DNA of 64,000 bases from an uncultured Acidobacteriota bacterium (GCA_963764715.1 CAVXTP010000022.1:480001-544000), one strand, 5' to 3'; shown: positions 19,035 through 28,669, counted from the first letter of the stretch. Numbers and translations are program-made. The notes: generated by a model from the letters alone, not told the origin.

Positions 19035-20480
19035 GTGGGCCTCATCCTTCTGACCGGAGCGACCGGGTACGTCGGCGGACGACTCCGCGTCGAGCTCGAG
19101 CGCCGGGGCGTTCCCCTCCGCTGTTTCGCCCGGCACCCGGAGGTCCTGCGGGCCCGGGTGGCGCCGGCGACCGAGGTCGCGGGCGGGGACGCCCTCGACG
19201 CGGCGGCCGTGGGGCAGGCGCTCCGCGGAGTCGACGTCGCCTACTACCTCATCCACTCGATGGCCTCGGGCGAGGACTTCGCGGCCCGCGACCGGGAGGC
19301 GGCGCGGATCTTCGGGGCCGCGGCGGCGCAGGCGGGCGTGCGCCGGATCGTCTACCTCGGCGGGCTCGGCGAGAGCTCGGCCCCGCTCTCCGAGCACCTG
19401 CGCAGCCGCCAGGAGACGGGCGACATCCTCCGCGCCTCGGGCGTTCCGGTCGTCGAGTTCCGCGCCTCGGTCGTGCTCGGCTCGGGCAGCCTGTCGTTCG
19501 AGATGATCCGCGCCCTGGTCGAACGGCTTCCCGTGATGATCTGCCCCCGCTGGGTGGGCGTCGAGACCCAGCCGATCGCCGTCGAGGACGCGATCGCCTA
19601 TCTGGCGGACGCCATCGACCTTCCCGCCGGCGCCGAGCGCGTCTACGAGATCGGCGGCCCGGACCGCGTGACGTATGGCGACCTGATGCGCGAGTACGCC
19701 CGCCAGCGGGGCCTGCGCCGCTGGCTGATCCCGGTCCCGGTGCTCACGCCGCGTCTCTCGAGCCTCTGGCTCGGCCTGGTGACCCCGCTCTACGCCCGGG
19801 TCGGCCGCAAGCTCGTCAACAGTCTCCGGAATCCCACGATCGTTCGCGATCCGGCGGCGCGCACCGCGTTCTCCGTCCGTCCGCGCCCGACCGGAGAGGC
19901 GATCGCGCGCGCCCTGCGGAACGAGGACCGCGAGTTTGCACAGACGCGGTGGTCGGACGCCTTCTCCGCCGCCGGTCTCCGGGACGCCACGGGCCTCGAG
20001 CGGATCGGAACGCGACTCGTCGATTCGCGCGCGATCTCGGTCGCCGTCCCCGCGGAAGCGGCCTTCGCCGTCGTGCGCCGGATCGGCGGCCGGAGCGGCT
20101 GGTACTACGGGAACTGGATGTGGCGGGTGCGCGGATTCCTCGACCTGCTCGCCGGGGGCATCGGTCTGCGGCGCGGCCGGCGCGACCCCGAGAACCTCGC
20201 GCCCGGGGACGCCGTCGACTTCTGGCGCGTCGAAGGGTTCGAGCCGGACCGCCTCCTGCGGCTGAAGGCGGAGATGAAGCTGCCCGGCCGGGCCTGGCTG
20301 CAGTTCGAGACGACGCCCGAGGCGAGGGGATGCCGGATCCGGCAGACCGCGATTTTCGACGCCTCGGGGCTCGCGGGCCTCGCCTACTGGTACGCGCTCT
20401 ATCCGTTTCACCGCCTCGTTTTCGCGGGCATGCTGCGGGCGATCGCGGCGCGGGCCGCGGGCGGTACGATCGCGCCATGA
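19035..20480 (+). CDS. NAD(P)-binding SDR-like protein with DUF2867 (YbjT-like)
   Basis: TGATGYVGG, YYLIHSM, VDFWRVE and AEMKLPGRAWLQF motifs. Confidence 0.88.
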   Translation: MGLILLTGATGYVGGRLRVELERRGVPLRCFARHPEVLRARVAPATEVAGGDALDAAAVGQALRGVDVAYYLIHSMASGEDFAARDREAARIFGAAAAQAGVRRIVYLGGLGESSAPLSEHLRSRQETGDILRASGVPVVEFRASVVLGSGSLSFEMIRALVERLPVMICPRWVGVETQPIAVEDAIAYLADAIDLPAGAERVYEIGGPDRVTYGDLMREYARQRGLRRWLIPVPVLTPRLSSLWLGLVTPLYARVGRKLVNSLRNPTIVRDPAARTAFSVRPRPTGEAIARALRNEDREFAQTRWSDAFSAAGLRDATGLERIGTRLVDSRAISVAVPAEAAFAVVRRIGGRSGWYYGNWMWRVRGFLDLLAGGIGLRRGRRDPENLAPGDAVDFWRVEGFEPDRLLRLKAEMKLPGRAWLQFETTPEARGCRIRQTAIFDASGLAGLAYWYALYPFHRLVFAGMLRAIAARAAGGTIAP

Positions 20481-20632
20481 AGAGGAAAACCGGGAAGGCC
20501 AGGCCGAAGGGCGGAAAGGCGAAGGGGCGGCGCGCGAAACCGATCATGCGCCACTCCAAGGAGGGCCTGCGGGAAGCTACGAGTGGAGGTCCTCGAAGTA
20601 CCCGTGGAGGTCGCGCAAAGCCTGGCGGTTGA
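20477..20632 (+). CDS. Possible small Lys/Arg-rich protein (51 aa)
   Basis: ATGA overlap with the upstream stop and TACGAT 6 nt before the ATG; overlaps the convergent gene by 56 nt. Confidence 0.3.
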   Translation: MKRKTGKARPKGGKAKGRRAKPIMRHSKEGLREATSGGPRSTRGGRAKPGG

Positions 20633-21683
20633 TCTCCTGGCGGCGGGCCGACTCGCGAAGAAGCGAGAGCGCGGCCATGCCTTCGGGCGCCATCTTCAGC
20701 TCCGAGATGATCGGGAGCGCCACGGCGATCTCGCGCTGCGCCTCGGCGTCGCGCCCGCTCTCGAGCAGGAGGTCCGCCACGACGAGGTTGAGCGCGGCGA
20801 CGTCCGCCCGCATGCCGATCGCGGCGAACTCCTCCTGCGCCCGGCGGTAGGCCTCGATCGAGGCGTCGATCCGCCCGGTCTCGCGCAGGAGCGTGGCGAC
20901 GCCCCACTGCACCTTCGCGAGTGAGATCAGGTCCTTCTGGCGCCGGAGAACCGGAATGGCCTTCGCCGAGGCGGCCAGGGCGGCGTCGGCGTTGCCGAGC
21001 ATCGCGTGAAGGTGCGTCAGGTTGCAGTAGGCGCTCCCGAGCAGCTTCGCGTTGCCGAGCGCCTCGGCCTCGTCCACGATCGCCTCGAAGACCCGCATCG
21101 CGGCGGAGAGCTCGTCGGACTCCATCAGCGCCAGCCCCTCGAGGAAGCGGCACTTCAGGGCGTCGTCGCGCATCTCCAGGCCGCGGAAGCTCTCGATGAG
21201 CGGCGGCAGCATTTCGAGGACGACGTCGATCTGCCGCTCCTCCAGCCGCTCGGCCAGGCGCTGATAGCCGAGGCGCGACAGGTCTCCGGCGGCATTCACC
21301 GTGTGCCGGAACCCGGCCTCCGCCCGATCGAACCAGATGTGCACCTCCTCGCGCCGGGACAGTTGCCGGCAGGCCGTTCCGGCGAGAAGCGCCGTCTCGC
21401 CCAGGAAGTACTCGCGTTCGTCGAAGAGGCCGATCTCGCGGCGCGGCGACTCGATGAAGCGGTACAGGAACTCCGCCTCATCGCGCACGACCGCCGGAGA
21501 GGAGTCCATCCGCTGTCGGAGCAGGCTGCAGAGGGACAGCAGCGTCTCGGGATCCTCGAGCTGCAGGGTCTCCGCGAGAGCGAAGCGGTCTTCGATCGGC
21601 GTGGCGAGGACCTTTTCGGCGGCGGATGCGCCGGCCTCCGACGACAGCGGCACGCGCGGAAAGTGGATGACCTTGCCGGTCAC
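20577..21683 (-). CDS. Tetratricopeptide-repeat protein
   Basis: GTGA-coupled start; helical repeats such as LLGSAYCNLTHLHAMLGNADAALA and LAKVQWGVATLLRETGRIDASIEAYRRA. Confidence 0.8.
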   Translation of the reverse strand: MTGKVIHFPRVPLSSEAGASAAEKVLATPIEDRFALAETLQLEDPETLLSLCSLLRQRMDSSPAVVRDEAEFLYRFIESPRREIGLFDEREYFLGETALLAGTACRQLSRREEVHIWFDRAEAGFRHTVNAAGDLSRLGYQRLAERLEERQIDVVLEMLPPLIESFRGLEMRDDALKCRFLEGLALMESDELSAAMRVFEAIVDEAEALGNAKLLGSAYCNLTHLHAMLGNADAALAASAKAIPVLRRQKDLISLAKVQWGVATLLRETGRIDASIEAYRRAQEEFAAIGMRADVAALNLVVADLLLESGRDAEAQREIAVALPIISELKMAPEGMAALSLLRESARRQEINRQALRDLHGYFEDLHS

Positions 21684-22048
21684 GACCGCTCCTCCTCGAA
21701 GCGCCGGTCGAGGTCGGTGGCCACGTCGTCCGGCTCGCGCGCCAGCAGGTCGTTCAGGTCGGAGTCGGGAGACTGCTCGCCGCCGAGCTTCCAGAGCTGG
21801 AAGGACCGGCCGTACTGGCACGCCGCCGAGAGCAGCGAAAGCCGCATCAGTTTGGCGGGCATCTGTCCGGATCCTCCACGGCGGGCGAGCCGCTGGAACC
21901 ACATCCAGAGGTCTTCTTCGGCTCCCTTCGCCTCGGCTTCGCTCAGCCGATAGTACGAAACGAGAGCCGAATGGATGACATTCAGCGCCCGATCGAAAAC
22001 GGTCTGAATGTCGCTCGAAGTTCGGGCCGACGGTTCTTCCACCCGCAC
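21680..22048 (-). CDS. Hypothetical protein with weak sigma-70 region-2-like pattern
   Basis: YYRLSEAEAKGAEEDLWMWF...LLSAACQYGR resembles ECF sigma2 (dAEDlvqevF...l..ia.n); translationally coupled to the TPR gene. Confidence 0.6.
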   Translation of the reverse strand: MRVEEPSARTSSDIQTVFDRALNVIHSALVSYYRLSEAEAKGAEEDLWMWFQRLARRGGSGQMPAKLMRLSLLSAACQYGRSFQLWKLGGEQSPDSDLNDLLAREPDDVATDLDRRFEEERS

Positions 22049-22139
22049 GCTCTTCGGCTCAGATTACACCAAGGGCGTCGGCGGCCTCCGGTCGGCTGCG
22101 GGGAGCAGGCGGAAGGTCCTCGGCAGGCAGGCTTTAGCT

Positions 22140-22280
22140 TCAGCTCGGGATCGTGCCGGCGATCTTGATGACGAAACGCGAGGGCTTGCGCTGGGGCCAC
22201 GTGGCCGGATGAGAACCGGACTCGCGGGTCGCGGGCTGGGAGCGCTCGGGAACCCGAACGGGGGTGAGCGGCGTCGACAT
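22140..22280 (-). CDS. Small peptide (46 aa) MSTPLTPVRVPERSQPATRESGSHPATWPQRKPSRFVIKIAGTIPS
   Basis: Strong GAAAGGAG RBS 7 nt before ATG 22280; fills an otherwise empty intergenic region. Confidence 0.55.
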   Translation of the reverse strand: MSTPLTPVRVPERSQPATRESGSHPATWPQRKPSRFVIKIAGTIPS

Positions 22281-22421
22281 GGATGATCTCCTTTCACCGG
22301 GCTCGGAAACGCCGAGCGCAAAAGAATCAGCCCCCATTCCACCACAACGGACGGCCGGCTGTCCCGGGTCTTTTTTCGAGGCTTCCCCGGGCGGGACCGG
22401 CCGGAGGATCATGGGCCGGTC

Positions 22422-23696
22422 ATGGCCGCGCCCGCCGCCCATCACGTCGTCGTCGTCGGCGCCGGCTTCGGCGGTCTGGAGGCCGCGCGCGGCCTGTCCG
22501 ACGGGCCAGTGCGCGTGACCGTCGTCGACCGGCGCAATCACTACCTGTTCCAGCCGCTTCTCTACCAGGTCGCGACGGCGGCGCTCTCCCCCGCCGACAT
22601 CGCCTACCCGATCCGCTCGATCCTCCGCCGGCAGAAGAACGCCGACGTGATCCTCGCGGAGGTGCGCTCGGTCGACCCGGCGCGGCGGGAGGTGCGCCTC
22701 GCCGACGGAAGCTCGATCGCCTACGACACGCTCGTCGTCGCGGCCGGCGCGCGGCACGCCTATTTCGGCCACGAGGCCTGGGAGGCCCGCGCCCCGGGAC
22801 TCAAGAGCCTCGAGGACGCCCTCGAGATCCGCCGCCGCATCCTGCTGGCGTTCGAAGAGGCCGACCGCGCCTCCGACCCCGCCCGCCGGCGGGCGCTCCT
22901 GACCTTCGCGATCGTCGGAGGCGGCCCGACGGGCGTCGAGCTCGCCGGCGCCATCGCCGAAATCTCCCGGCACGTCCTCGTCGACGACTTCCGCCACGTC
23001 GACCCGCGCGAAGCCCGGATCGTTCTCGTCGAGGCCGGCCCGCGGGTCCTGCCGACCTACTCCGAGGCCTCGTCGGAGAACGCCCGGGCCGAGCTCGTCC
23101 GGCTCGGCGCCGAGGTCCGAACCGGCGCTCCCGTCACCGCCGTCGACGCCGACGGCATCGCGATCGGAGACGGCGAGAGAATCGAGGCGGCGACCGTGCT
23201 CTGGGCCGCGGGCGTCGCAGCGTCGCCGGTCGGAAGTTTCCTCGGCGTTCCGCTCGACCGCAACGGCCGCGTCGTGGTCGAGCCCGACCTCACCGTGCCC
23301 GGCCGCCCCGAGATCTTCGTGATCGGCGATCTCGCGCTCTTCACGCACCAGGGAGGCCGGCCGCTCCCGGGCGTCAGCCCGGTCGCCATGCAGCAGGGCC
23401 GGCACGTGGCGCGGTCGATCCGGCGGCGGCTCGGCGGAGGGGCGGCCGAGCCGTTCCACTACCTCGACAAGGGCAGCATGGCGGTCGTGGGGCGCTCCGC
23501 CGCGGTCGCCGAGATCTTCGGCCTGAAGCTCCGGGGCCTGCCCGCCTGGCTCGCCTGGTGCTTCCTCCACATCTTCTACCTCATCGGGTTCCGCAACCGC
23601 TTCGTCGTCATGTTCGAGTGGGCCTGGTCCTACGTCAGCTACCAGCGCGGAGCGCGTCTCATCACGGGCGACCTCGCGGGGCCGAGGCCGCGATAG
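22422..23696 (+). CDS. ndh: Type II NADH dehydrogenase
   Basis: GAGFGG, FQPLLYQVAT, GGGPTGVELAG, WAAGV and DKGSMA motifs. Confidence 0.92.
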   Translation: MAAPAAHHVVVVGAGFGGLEAARGLSDGPVRVTVVDRRNHYLFQPLLYQVATAALSPADIAYPIRSILRRQKNADVILAEVRSVDPARREVRLADGSSIAYDTLVVAAGARHAYFGHEAWEARAPGLKSLEDALEIRRRILLAFEEADRASDPARRRALLTFAIVGGGPTGVELAGAIAEISRHVLVDDFRHVDPREARIVLVEAGPRVLPTYSEASSENARAELVRLGAEVRTGAPVTAVDADGIAIGDGERIEAATVLWAAGVAASPVGSFLGVPLDRNGRVVVEPDLTVPGRPEIFVIGDLALFTHQGGRPLPGVSPVAMQQGRHVARSIRRRLGGGAAEPFHYLDKGSMAVVGRSAAVAEIFGLKLRGLPAWLAWCFLHIFYLIGFRNRFVVMFEWAWSYVSYQRGARLITGDLAGPRPR

Positions 23697-23754
23697 GATC
23701 TCCGCAACCGATCCCGGGAACCGAAGCCCGTTCGACTTTTCGCCGGAGGTGGCC

Positions 23755-25050
23755 ATGCGCGTCGACCGCAGGACCCTGTTCCGTGGCCTGGGGGCCGGGG
23801 CGGCGCTCGCCGCGTTCCGCGCCGACGCGATCGCCCGGGTCGGAGAGGCCGGGAAGGCCGCCGCCGGGAAAACTCCCGCCGCCCTGGCCTCGGACGAGGC
23901 CTACTGGTTCGAGGTCGCCCAGGCGTTCGACGTCGACCGCACGCTCGTCAACCTCAACAACGGAGGGTGCAGCCCGGCGCCCGCCCACGTCCTGAACGCC
24001 ATGATCCAGGACCTGCGCTTCTCCAACGAGATCCCCGTCTACCACATGTGGACCGTGCTCGAGCCCCGCATCGAGTCGTGCCGCCGGGAGCTCGCGGCCG
24101 AGTTCGGCTGCGACCCCGAGGAGATGGCGATCACGCGCAACGCCTCCGAGTCCCTCGAGACGCTGATCTTCGGCGTCGACCTGAAGGCCGGCGACGAGGT
24201 CGTCTACACGAACCAGAACTACCCCCGCATGATCACCTCCTGGGAGCAGCGCGCGCGGCGGGACGGCATCGTGCTCAAGCCGATCAGCTTCCCGGTCCCG
24301 CCGAAGTCGTCCGCGGAGGTCGTCGCCCGGTTCCGCGCCGCGATCACGCCGAAGACCCGCGTCATCGAGGTCACGCACATCACCAACCTGACCGGCCAGA
24401 TCCTTCCCGTGCGCGACATCGTCCGGCTCGGGCGGGAGCACGGGATCGAGGTCTTCGTCGACGGCGCCCACGCCTTCGCGCACTTCCCGTTCACGCGCGA
24501 CGAGCTCGAGTGCGACTACTACGCCACGAGCCTCCACAAGTGGCTCTTCGCGCCGATCGGGACCGGGTTCCTCTACGTCCGACGGAACAAGATCAAGAGC
24601 ATCTGGCCCCTGATGGCCGCGCCCGCCAAGATGGACGAGGACATCCGCAAGTACGAGGAGATCGGGACCCACCCCGCCGCCAACCACAACGCGATCGCTG
24701 CGGCGATCGCCTTCCACCGCGGGATCGGCGTCGAGCGCAAGGCCGCGCGCCTGCGCTGGCTGCGCGACCGATGGGCCATCCGGCTCACGGCGGCCGACCC
24801 CCGCGTCCGGGTCCTGACGCCCCTGAACGACACCGAGTCCTGCGGGATCGCACTCATCTCGATCACGGGCTTTGACACCAACAAGCTGCACGCGTATCTC
24901 TGGGACAAGCACCGCATCATGACGACGCCGATCATCCACGACGAGTTCCAGGGCCTGCGGATCACCCCCAACGTCTACACGTCCGCGGCCGAGATCGACG
25001 TGTTCTGCGACCGGATGGAGAAGACCCTCAAGACCGGGATCCCGGCCTAG
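23755..25050 (+). CDS. Class V PLP aminotransferase (isopenicillin-N-epimerase-like) with Tat signal
   Basis: DRRTLF twin-arginine; NLNNGG, VDGAH and SLHKW (PLP lysine). Confidence 0.88.
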   Translation: MRVDRRTLFRGLGAGAALAAFRADAIARVGEAGKAAAGKTPAALASDEAYWFEVAQAFDVDRTLVNLNNGGCSPAPAHVLNAMIQDLRFSNEIPVYHMWTVLEPRIESCRRELAAEFGCDPEEMAITRNASESLETLIFGVDLKAGDEVVYTNQNYPRMITSWEQRARRDGIVLKPISFPVPPKSSAEVVARFRAAITPKTRVIEVTHITNLTGQILPVRDIVRLGREHGIEVFVDGAHAFAHFPFTRDELECDYYATSLHKWLFAPIGTGFLYVRRNKIKSIWPLMAAPAKMDEDIRKYEEIGTHPAANHNAIAAAIAFHRGIGVERKAARLRWLRDRWAIRLTAADPRVRVLTPLNDTESCGIALISITGFDTNKLHAYLWDKHRIMTTPIIHDEFQGLRITPNVYTSAAEIDVFCDRMEKTLKTGIPA

Positions 25051-25071
25051 CCCCCGCCCTCCCGTCGGCCG

Positions 25072-25098
25072 GGAACTTCCGCGGGGTCCCGGTGTCCT
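25072..25098 (+). promoter_or_regulatory. ECF sigma promoter (GGAACT-N16-GTC)
   Basis: GGAACT at 25072-25077, 16-nt spacer, GTCCT at 25094; heads the operon that contains the ECF sigma. Confidence 0.55.
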
Positions 25099-25119
25099 TT
25101 CCTGGCGGAGGGACAGTTC

Positions 25120-25914
25120 ATGAGCCGCCACGCCCGGTCGCGTCTTCTCGCTCTCGCATTCGCCGGCCTCGCGGGGCCTCTCGCCGCGGCCGACCAGAAC
25201 GGTTTCCAGCTCTCCGTCCGCATCGACGGCGCCCCCGCCGAGGAATACGCGGCCCGGGGGCGCGTCTACATCGAGGCCCTGAAGGGGCGAGAGTTCGTCG
25301 TCCGCCTCTCCAACCCCGGCCCCGAGCGGGTCGCCGTCGCCCTCTCCGTCGACGGCCGCAACGTGATCGACGCCAAGCGCACGAGCGCGCTCGACGCGGC
25401 CAAGTGGATCCTGGCCCCCGGCCAGACGATCGACGTTCCCGGCTGGCAGATCTCGGGCGCCGCCGCGCGCAAGTTCTTCTTCACCGAGACGTCGAAGTCC
25501 TACGCGAAGTGGCTCGGCGACACGGCGAACGTCGGCACGATCGAGGCCGTGTTCTATCGCGAGAAGCGCCGCCCGACCGCCGTGATGCCGAACGACGAGC
25601 TCGACGACCCGCGCCGCGAGGCGGGGGCGTCGGGCCGCGCGGATTCCCGGGCGCCGTCGGCCCCGTCCGCCCAGAGCAAGGAGCGCTCGGCCGAGAGCTT
25701 CGCCGCGACCGGGATCGGCGACAAGACCGACTTCGCCGTCCAGTGGATCGCCTTCGAGGAGGAGAAGGCGCCGTCGGCCCGGATCGCCCTCCGGTACGAG
25801 TTTCGGACCGAGCTCGTCCGGCTCGGTGTCCTGCCCCGCGGGGAGGACCTCTTCGCCCGCGACCGGGCCCATGGCTTCGAGCACGATTACGCACCCGATC
25901 CGTACCGGCGCTGA
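25120..25914 (+). CDS. Secreted hypothetical protein
   Basis: Signal peptide; VALSVDGRNVIDAK, IDVPGWQIS, FFFT and NVGTIEAVFYRE blocks. Confidence 0.75.
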   Translation: MSRHARSRLLALAFAGLAGPLAAADQNGFQLSVRIDGAPAEEYAARGRVYIEALKGREFVVRLSNPGPERVAVALSVDGRNVIDAKRTSALDAAKWILAPGQTIDVPGWQISGAAARKFFFTETSKSYAKWLGDTANVGTIEAVFYREKRRPTAVMPNDELDDPRREAGASGRADSRAPSAPSAQSKERSAESFAATGIGDKTDFAVQWIAFEEEKAPSARIALRYEFRTELVRLGVLPRGEDLFARDRAHGFEHDYAPDPYRR

Positions 25915-25975
25915 AGGCGCTCCGCGGATTCGCCGTAGAATCGAGGCGCAGCCGCCCCTGCGGCGGCAGTCGCCT

Positions 25976-26554
25976 TTGACGCAACCCGAGCGGACCGACG
26001 AAGAGCTTCTCGACTCGGCCCGGGAGGGCGACGAGGAAGCGTTCGGCGCCTTCGTCCGCAGGCACACGGCGACGGTCCACCGGTGGATGGCCCGAGCCGT
26101 CGGCGAGGGCGACGCGGACGACATGACCCAGGATGTGTTTCTCAAGGCGTACCGGGGGCTGCCCCGCTTCCGCGGCGAGGCGCCGCCGAGGGCCTGGCTC
26201 GCCTCGATCGCCGACAACGCCGTGAAGAACCGCTACCGCTCGCGCAGCCGCTTCCGACGCATCTTCGCCGGTTCGAGCGACGCCCGCCCGGAGCTCGATC
26301 CCGCCGCGACCGCCGCGGGGCCCGAGGACGAGGCCCGCGCCGGGGAATCTCGGCGGCTCGTCGCCGAGGCGCTGAAGAGCCTCGAACCGGAGTTTCGAAT
26401 GCCGGTCGTCCTGCGCGATCTCGAAGAATGGAGCTACGAGGAGATCGCCGTCTCGCTCGCCCTGCCGGTCGGCACGGTGAAGTCGCGGATCGCCCGCGGG
26501 AGGGGACGGCTGAAGGAAGTCCTGACGCCACTGATCACGGGAAGGCACGCATGA
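25976..26554 (+). CDS. ECF RNA polymerase sigma factor
   Basis: DDMTQDVFLKAY, WLASIADN and SYEEIA..L.LPVGTVKSRIARGR motifs; TTG start. Confidence 0.92.
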   Translation: MTQPERTDEELLDSAREGDEEAFGAFVRRHTATVHRWMARAVGEGDADDMTQDVFLKAYRGLPRFRGEAPPRAWLASIADNAVKNRYRSRSRFRRIFAGSSDARPELDPAATAAGPEDEARAGESRRLVAEALKSLEPEFRMPVVLRDLEEWSYEEIAVSLALPVGTVKSRIARGRGRLKEVLTPLITGRHA

Positions 26555-27645
26555 TCTCGACGGAAATCCACCCGGCCGAATCGGCCGAGTTCCTCTCGCG
26601 TCTCCACGACGGCGACCTCGAGCCGGCCGAGGCGGCGGCTTTCGAATCGCACCGGGCCGAGTGCGCCGACTGCCGCGCGTCGGTCGCCGCCTTCGAGCGC
26701 GCTCTCTCGGCCTACCGCGAAGCGCCGGTTCCCCCGGTCGCCTCGGACCTCTCGGCGAGGATCCTCAGGAAGATCCGGGCCACGACCCCGTCGCGGCGGC
26801 CGTTCGGCGTCACCTTCGGGATCGACGTGCGCTGGGCCGGAGTGCTGGCCGCGGCGCTCCTCGTGCTCATCATCGGCGCGCCGGTCTTCTCCCGTCACCC
26901 GTTCGCCCGAACTCCCGCGGCGCCGCCTCGTCCCGCGGCCCCGGTCCCGGAGGCGATCTCCGCCTACGTGGTCGACGCCGCGGAGGCGCCGCGGGCCGCC
27001 GACGAGGTCGCTCCGGCCGCGCCTCCCGCCGCCGAGCTCCGCGCCCCCCCGAAGGTCGCACCCGCCGCACCGGCCCGGCCGCCCCGCGTGGCGGAGTCCC
27101 GCAGGGAGGAGTCCCGACAGGAACCGGGCTTCGCCGCTCCGCCGCCCGCCGCCGCGCCACGCGAGGACGCCGCCGCCGCGCGGCCCGACGCTGCCGGGAA
27201 CGTCGCGCCGGCCGGGCCCGAGGCCGACTCCGATTCGCGCGCGGCCGGCAGGCTCGCGAAGGAGAACGCGCCGAGCCTCCGCGCCCGGCGGCCGTCGGCC
27301 TCCGCCGAGCCGCCCGGAGTCGAGGCCGGCCAGGCGGGCGCCCTCGAAGCGCGCCTCGAGGTCCGCCTGGCGATCCGCGCGATCGACGGCGAAGGCACGG
27401 CGCCCGGCGTCCTCCGGACCCCGCCCGACGACCGTCTCGCGCCGCTCCGCGGCCGCGAGTTCGTCCTGCTCGTCGAGACCGGCGGCCGCGTCCGCTCCGT
27501 CGAGGAGCGGCCCGAGCGCAAGGCGAAAGACGAGGCTTCCGCCGCGCCGGCGCCCTCCTCCACGGAGGACCCGGGCGCGGTTCTGCGGGAGCTCGTCTTC
27601 CAGCCCGGCGACCGCTCGCGCCGCCTGACAGTCCTCGTCCAGTAG
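26551..27645 (+). CDS. Zinc-finger (HxxxCxxC) anti-sigma factor
   Basis: HRAECADC, one TM helix, Pro/Ala-rich periplasmic region; ATGA-coupled to the sigma gene. Confidence 0.85.
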   Translation: MISTEIHPAESAEFLSRLHDGDLEPAEAAAFESHRAECADCRASVAAFERALSAYREAPVPPVASDLSARILRKIRATTPSRRPFGVTFGIDVRWAGVLAAALLVLIIGAPVFSRHPFARTPAAPPRPAAPVPEAISAYVVDAAEAPRAADEVAPAAPPAAELRAPPKVAPAAPARPPRVAESRREESRQEPGFAAPPPAAAPREDAAAARPDAAGNVAPAGPEADSDSRAAGRLAKENAPSLRARRPSASAEPPGVEAGQAGALEARLEVRLAIRAIDGEGTAPGVLRTPPDDRLAPLRGREFVLLVETGGRVRSVEERPERKAKDEASAAPAPSSTEDPGAVLRELVFQPGDRSRRLTVLVQ

Positions 27646-27651
27646 GTCGCG

Positions 27652-28647
27652 TCAGTCGAGCGTCAGCACGGCCGCGCCGTGGACGGCGCCGCGCTTGACC
27701 CGCACCAGGGCCTCGTTCGCCTCTTCGAGCGCGTAGCGCTCGACCTCGGCCCGGACCGGGATCTCGGCGGCGAGCGCGAGAAAGTCCTCCGCGTCCCGCC
27801 GCGTGAAGTTCATGACGCTCCGCACGCCCCGCTCGCCGGCGAGCGTCGCGTACGGGAAGGACGGGATGGGGCTCATGTGGATCGCGTTGACGGCGACCGT
27901 TCCGCCCCGCGCCAGGCGCGCGAGCGCCGCCGGCACGAGCTCGCCCGCCGGAGCGAAGGTCACCGCCGCGTCGAGCGGAACGCCCGGGTCCCCGTCCGCC
28001 GGTCCCGCCCAGGCGGCGCCCATCTGAATCGCGAGCTCCCGGTGGTGCGCTTCGCGCGTGAACGCGTACACCGAGCAGCCCCAGTGTCGCGCGACCTGGA
28101 TGGCGAGATGGGCGGACGCTCCGAACCCGAACAGGCCGAGCCGGCCGCCCGGCGCGATTCCCGAGAGCCGCAGGGACCGGAACCCGATCACACCCGCGCA
28201 CAGCAACGGCGCGGCCTGCGCCGCCGTGAAGCCCTCGGGGAGGCGGTACGTCCAGCGCGCTTCGGCGGTCATGCGCTCGGCGTACCCGCCGTCGCGATCG
28301 CAACCCGTGAAGCGCGCCGTCGCGCAGAGGTTTTCCCGTCCCGAGACGCAGAACGCGCACCGGCCGCACGTCGAGGCGATCCAGCCGACCCCGACGGGAT
28401 CGCCGGGAGCGAGATCCTCGACTCCCGCGCCGACCGCGACCACGCGGCCCGCAGCCTGGTGGCCGGGAACGACGGGGAGCCGGGCCGGTACCTCTCCTTC
28501 CAGGATGTGGAGATCGGTCCGGCAGACGCCGCAGGCCTCGACGGCGATCTCCACCTCGCCCTCGCCGGGCGGCGTCGCGGGCCGGTCCTCCGCGACGAGC
28601 GGCCGCTCCTCCGGGGGACCCGTGCGAGAAAGCCGCATCGCCCGCAT
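27652..28647 (-). CDS. Zinc-dependent alcohol dehydrogenase family protein
   Basis: CGVCRTDLH, PGHQ, CGRCAFC..ENLC and GFGASAH motifs. Confidence 0.92.
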   Translation of the reverse strand: MRAMRLSRTGPPEERPLVAEDRPATPPGEGEVEIAVEACGVCRTDLHILEGEVPARLPVVPGHQAAGRVVAVGAGVEDLAPGDPVGVGWIASTCGRCAFCVSGRENLCATARFTGCDRDGGYAERMTAEARWTYRLPEGFTAAQAAPLLCAGVIGFRSLRLSGIAPGGRLGLFGFGASAHLAIQVARHWGCSVYAFTREAHHRELAIQMGAAWAGPADGDPGVPLDAAVTFAPAGELVPAALARLARGGTVAVNAIHMSPIPSFPYATLAGERGVRSVMNFTRRDAEDFLALAAEIPVRAEVERYALEEANEALVRVKRGAVHGAAVLTLD

Positions 28648-28669
28648 TCGAAAACTATAATCGTCGCGG
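28648..28669. promoter_or_regulatory. Bidirectional overlapping -10 elements for leaderless genes
   Basis: Plus TATAAT 28656-28661 lies 8 nt from ATG 28670; minus TATAGT 28659-28654 lies 6 nt from ATG 28647. Confidence 0.65.
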
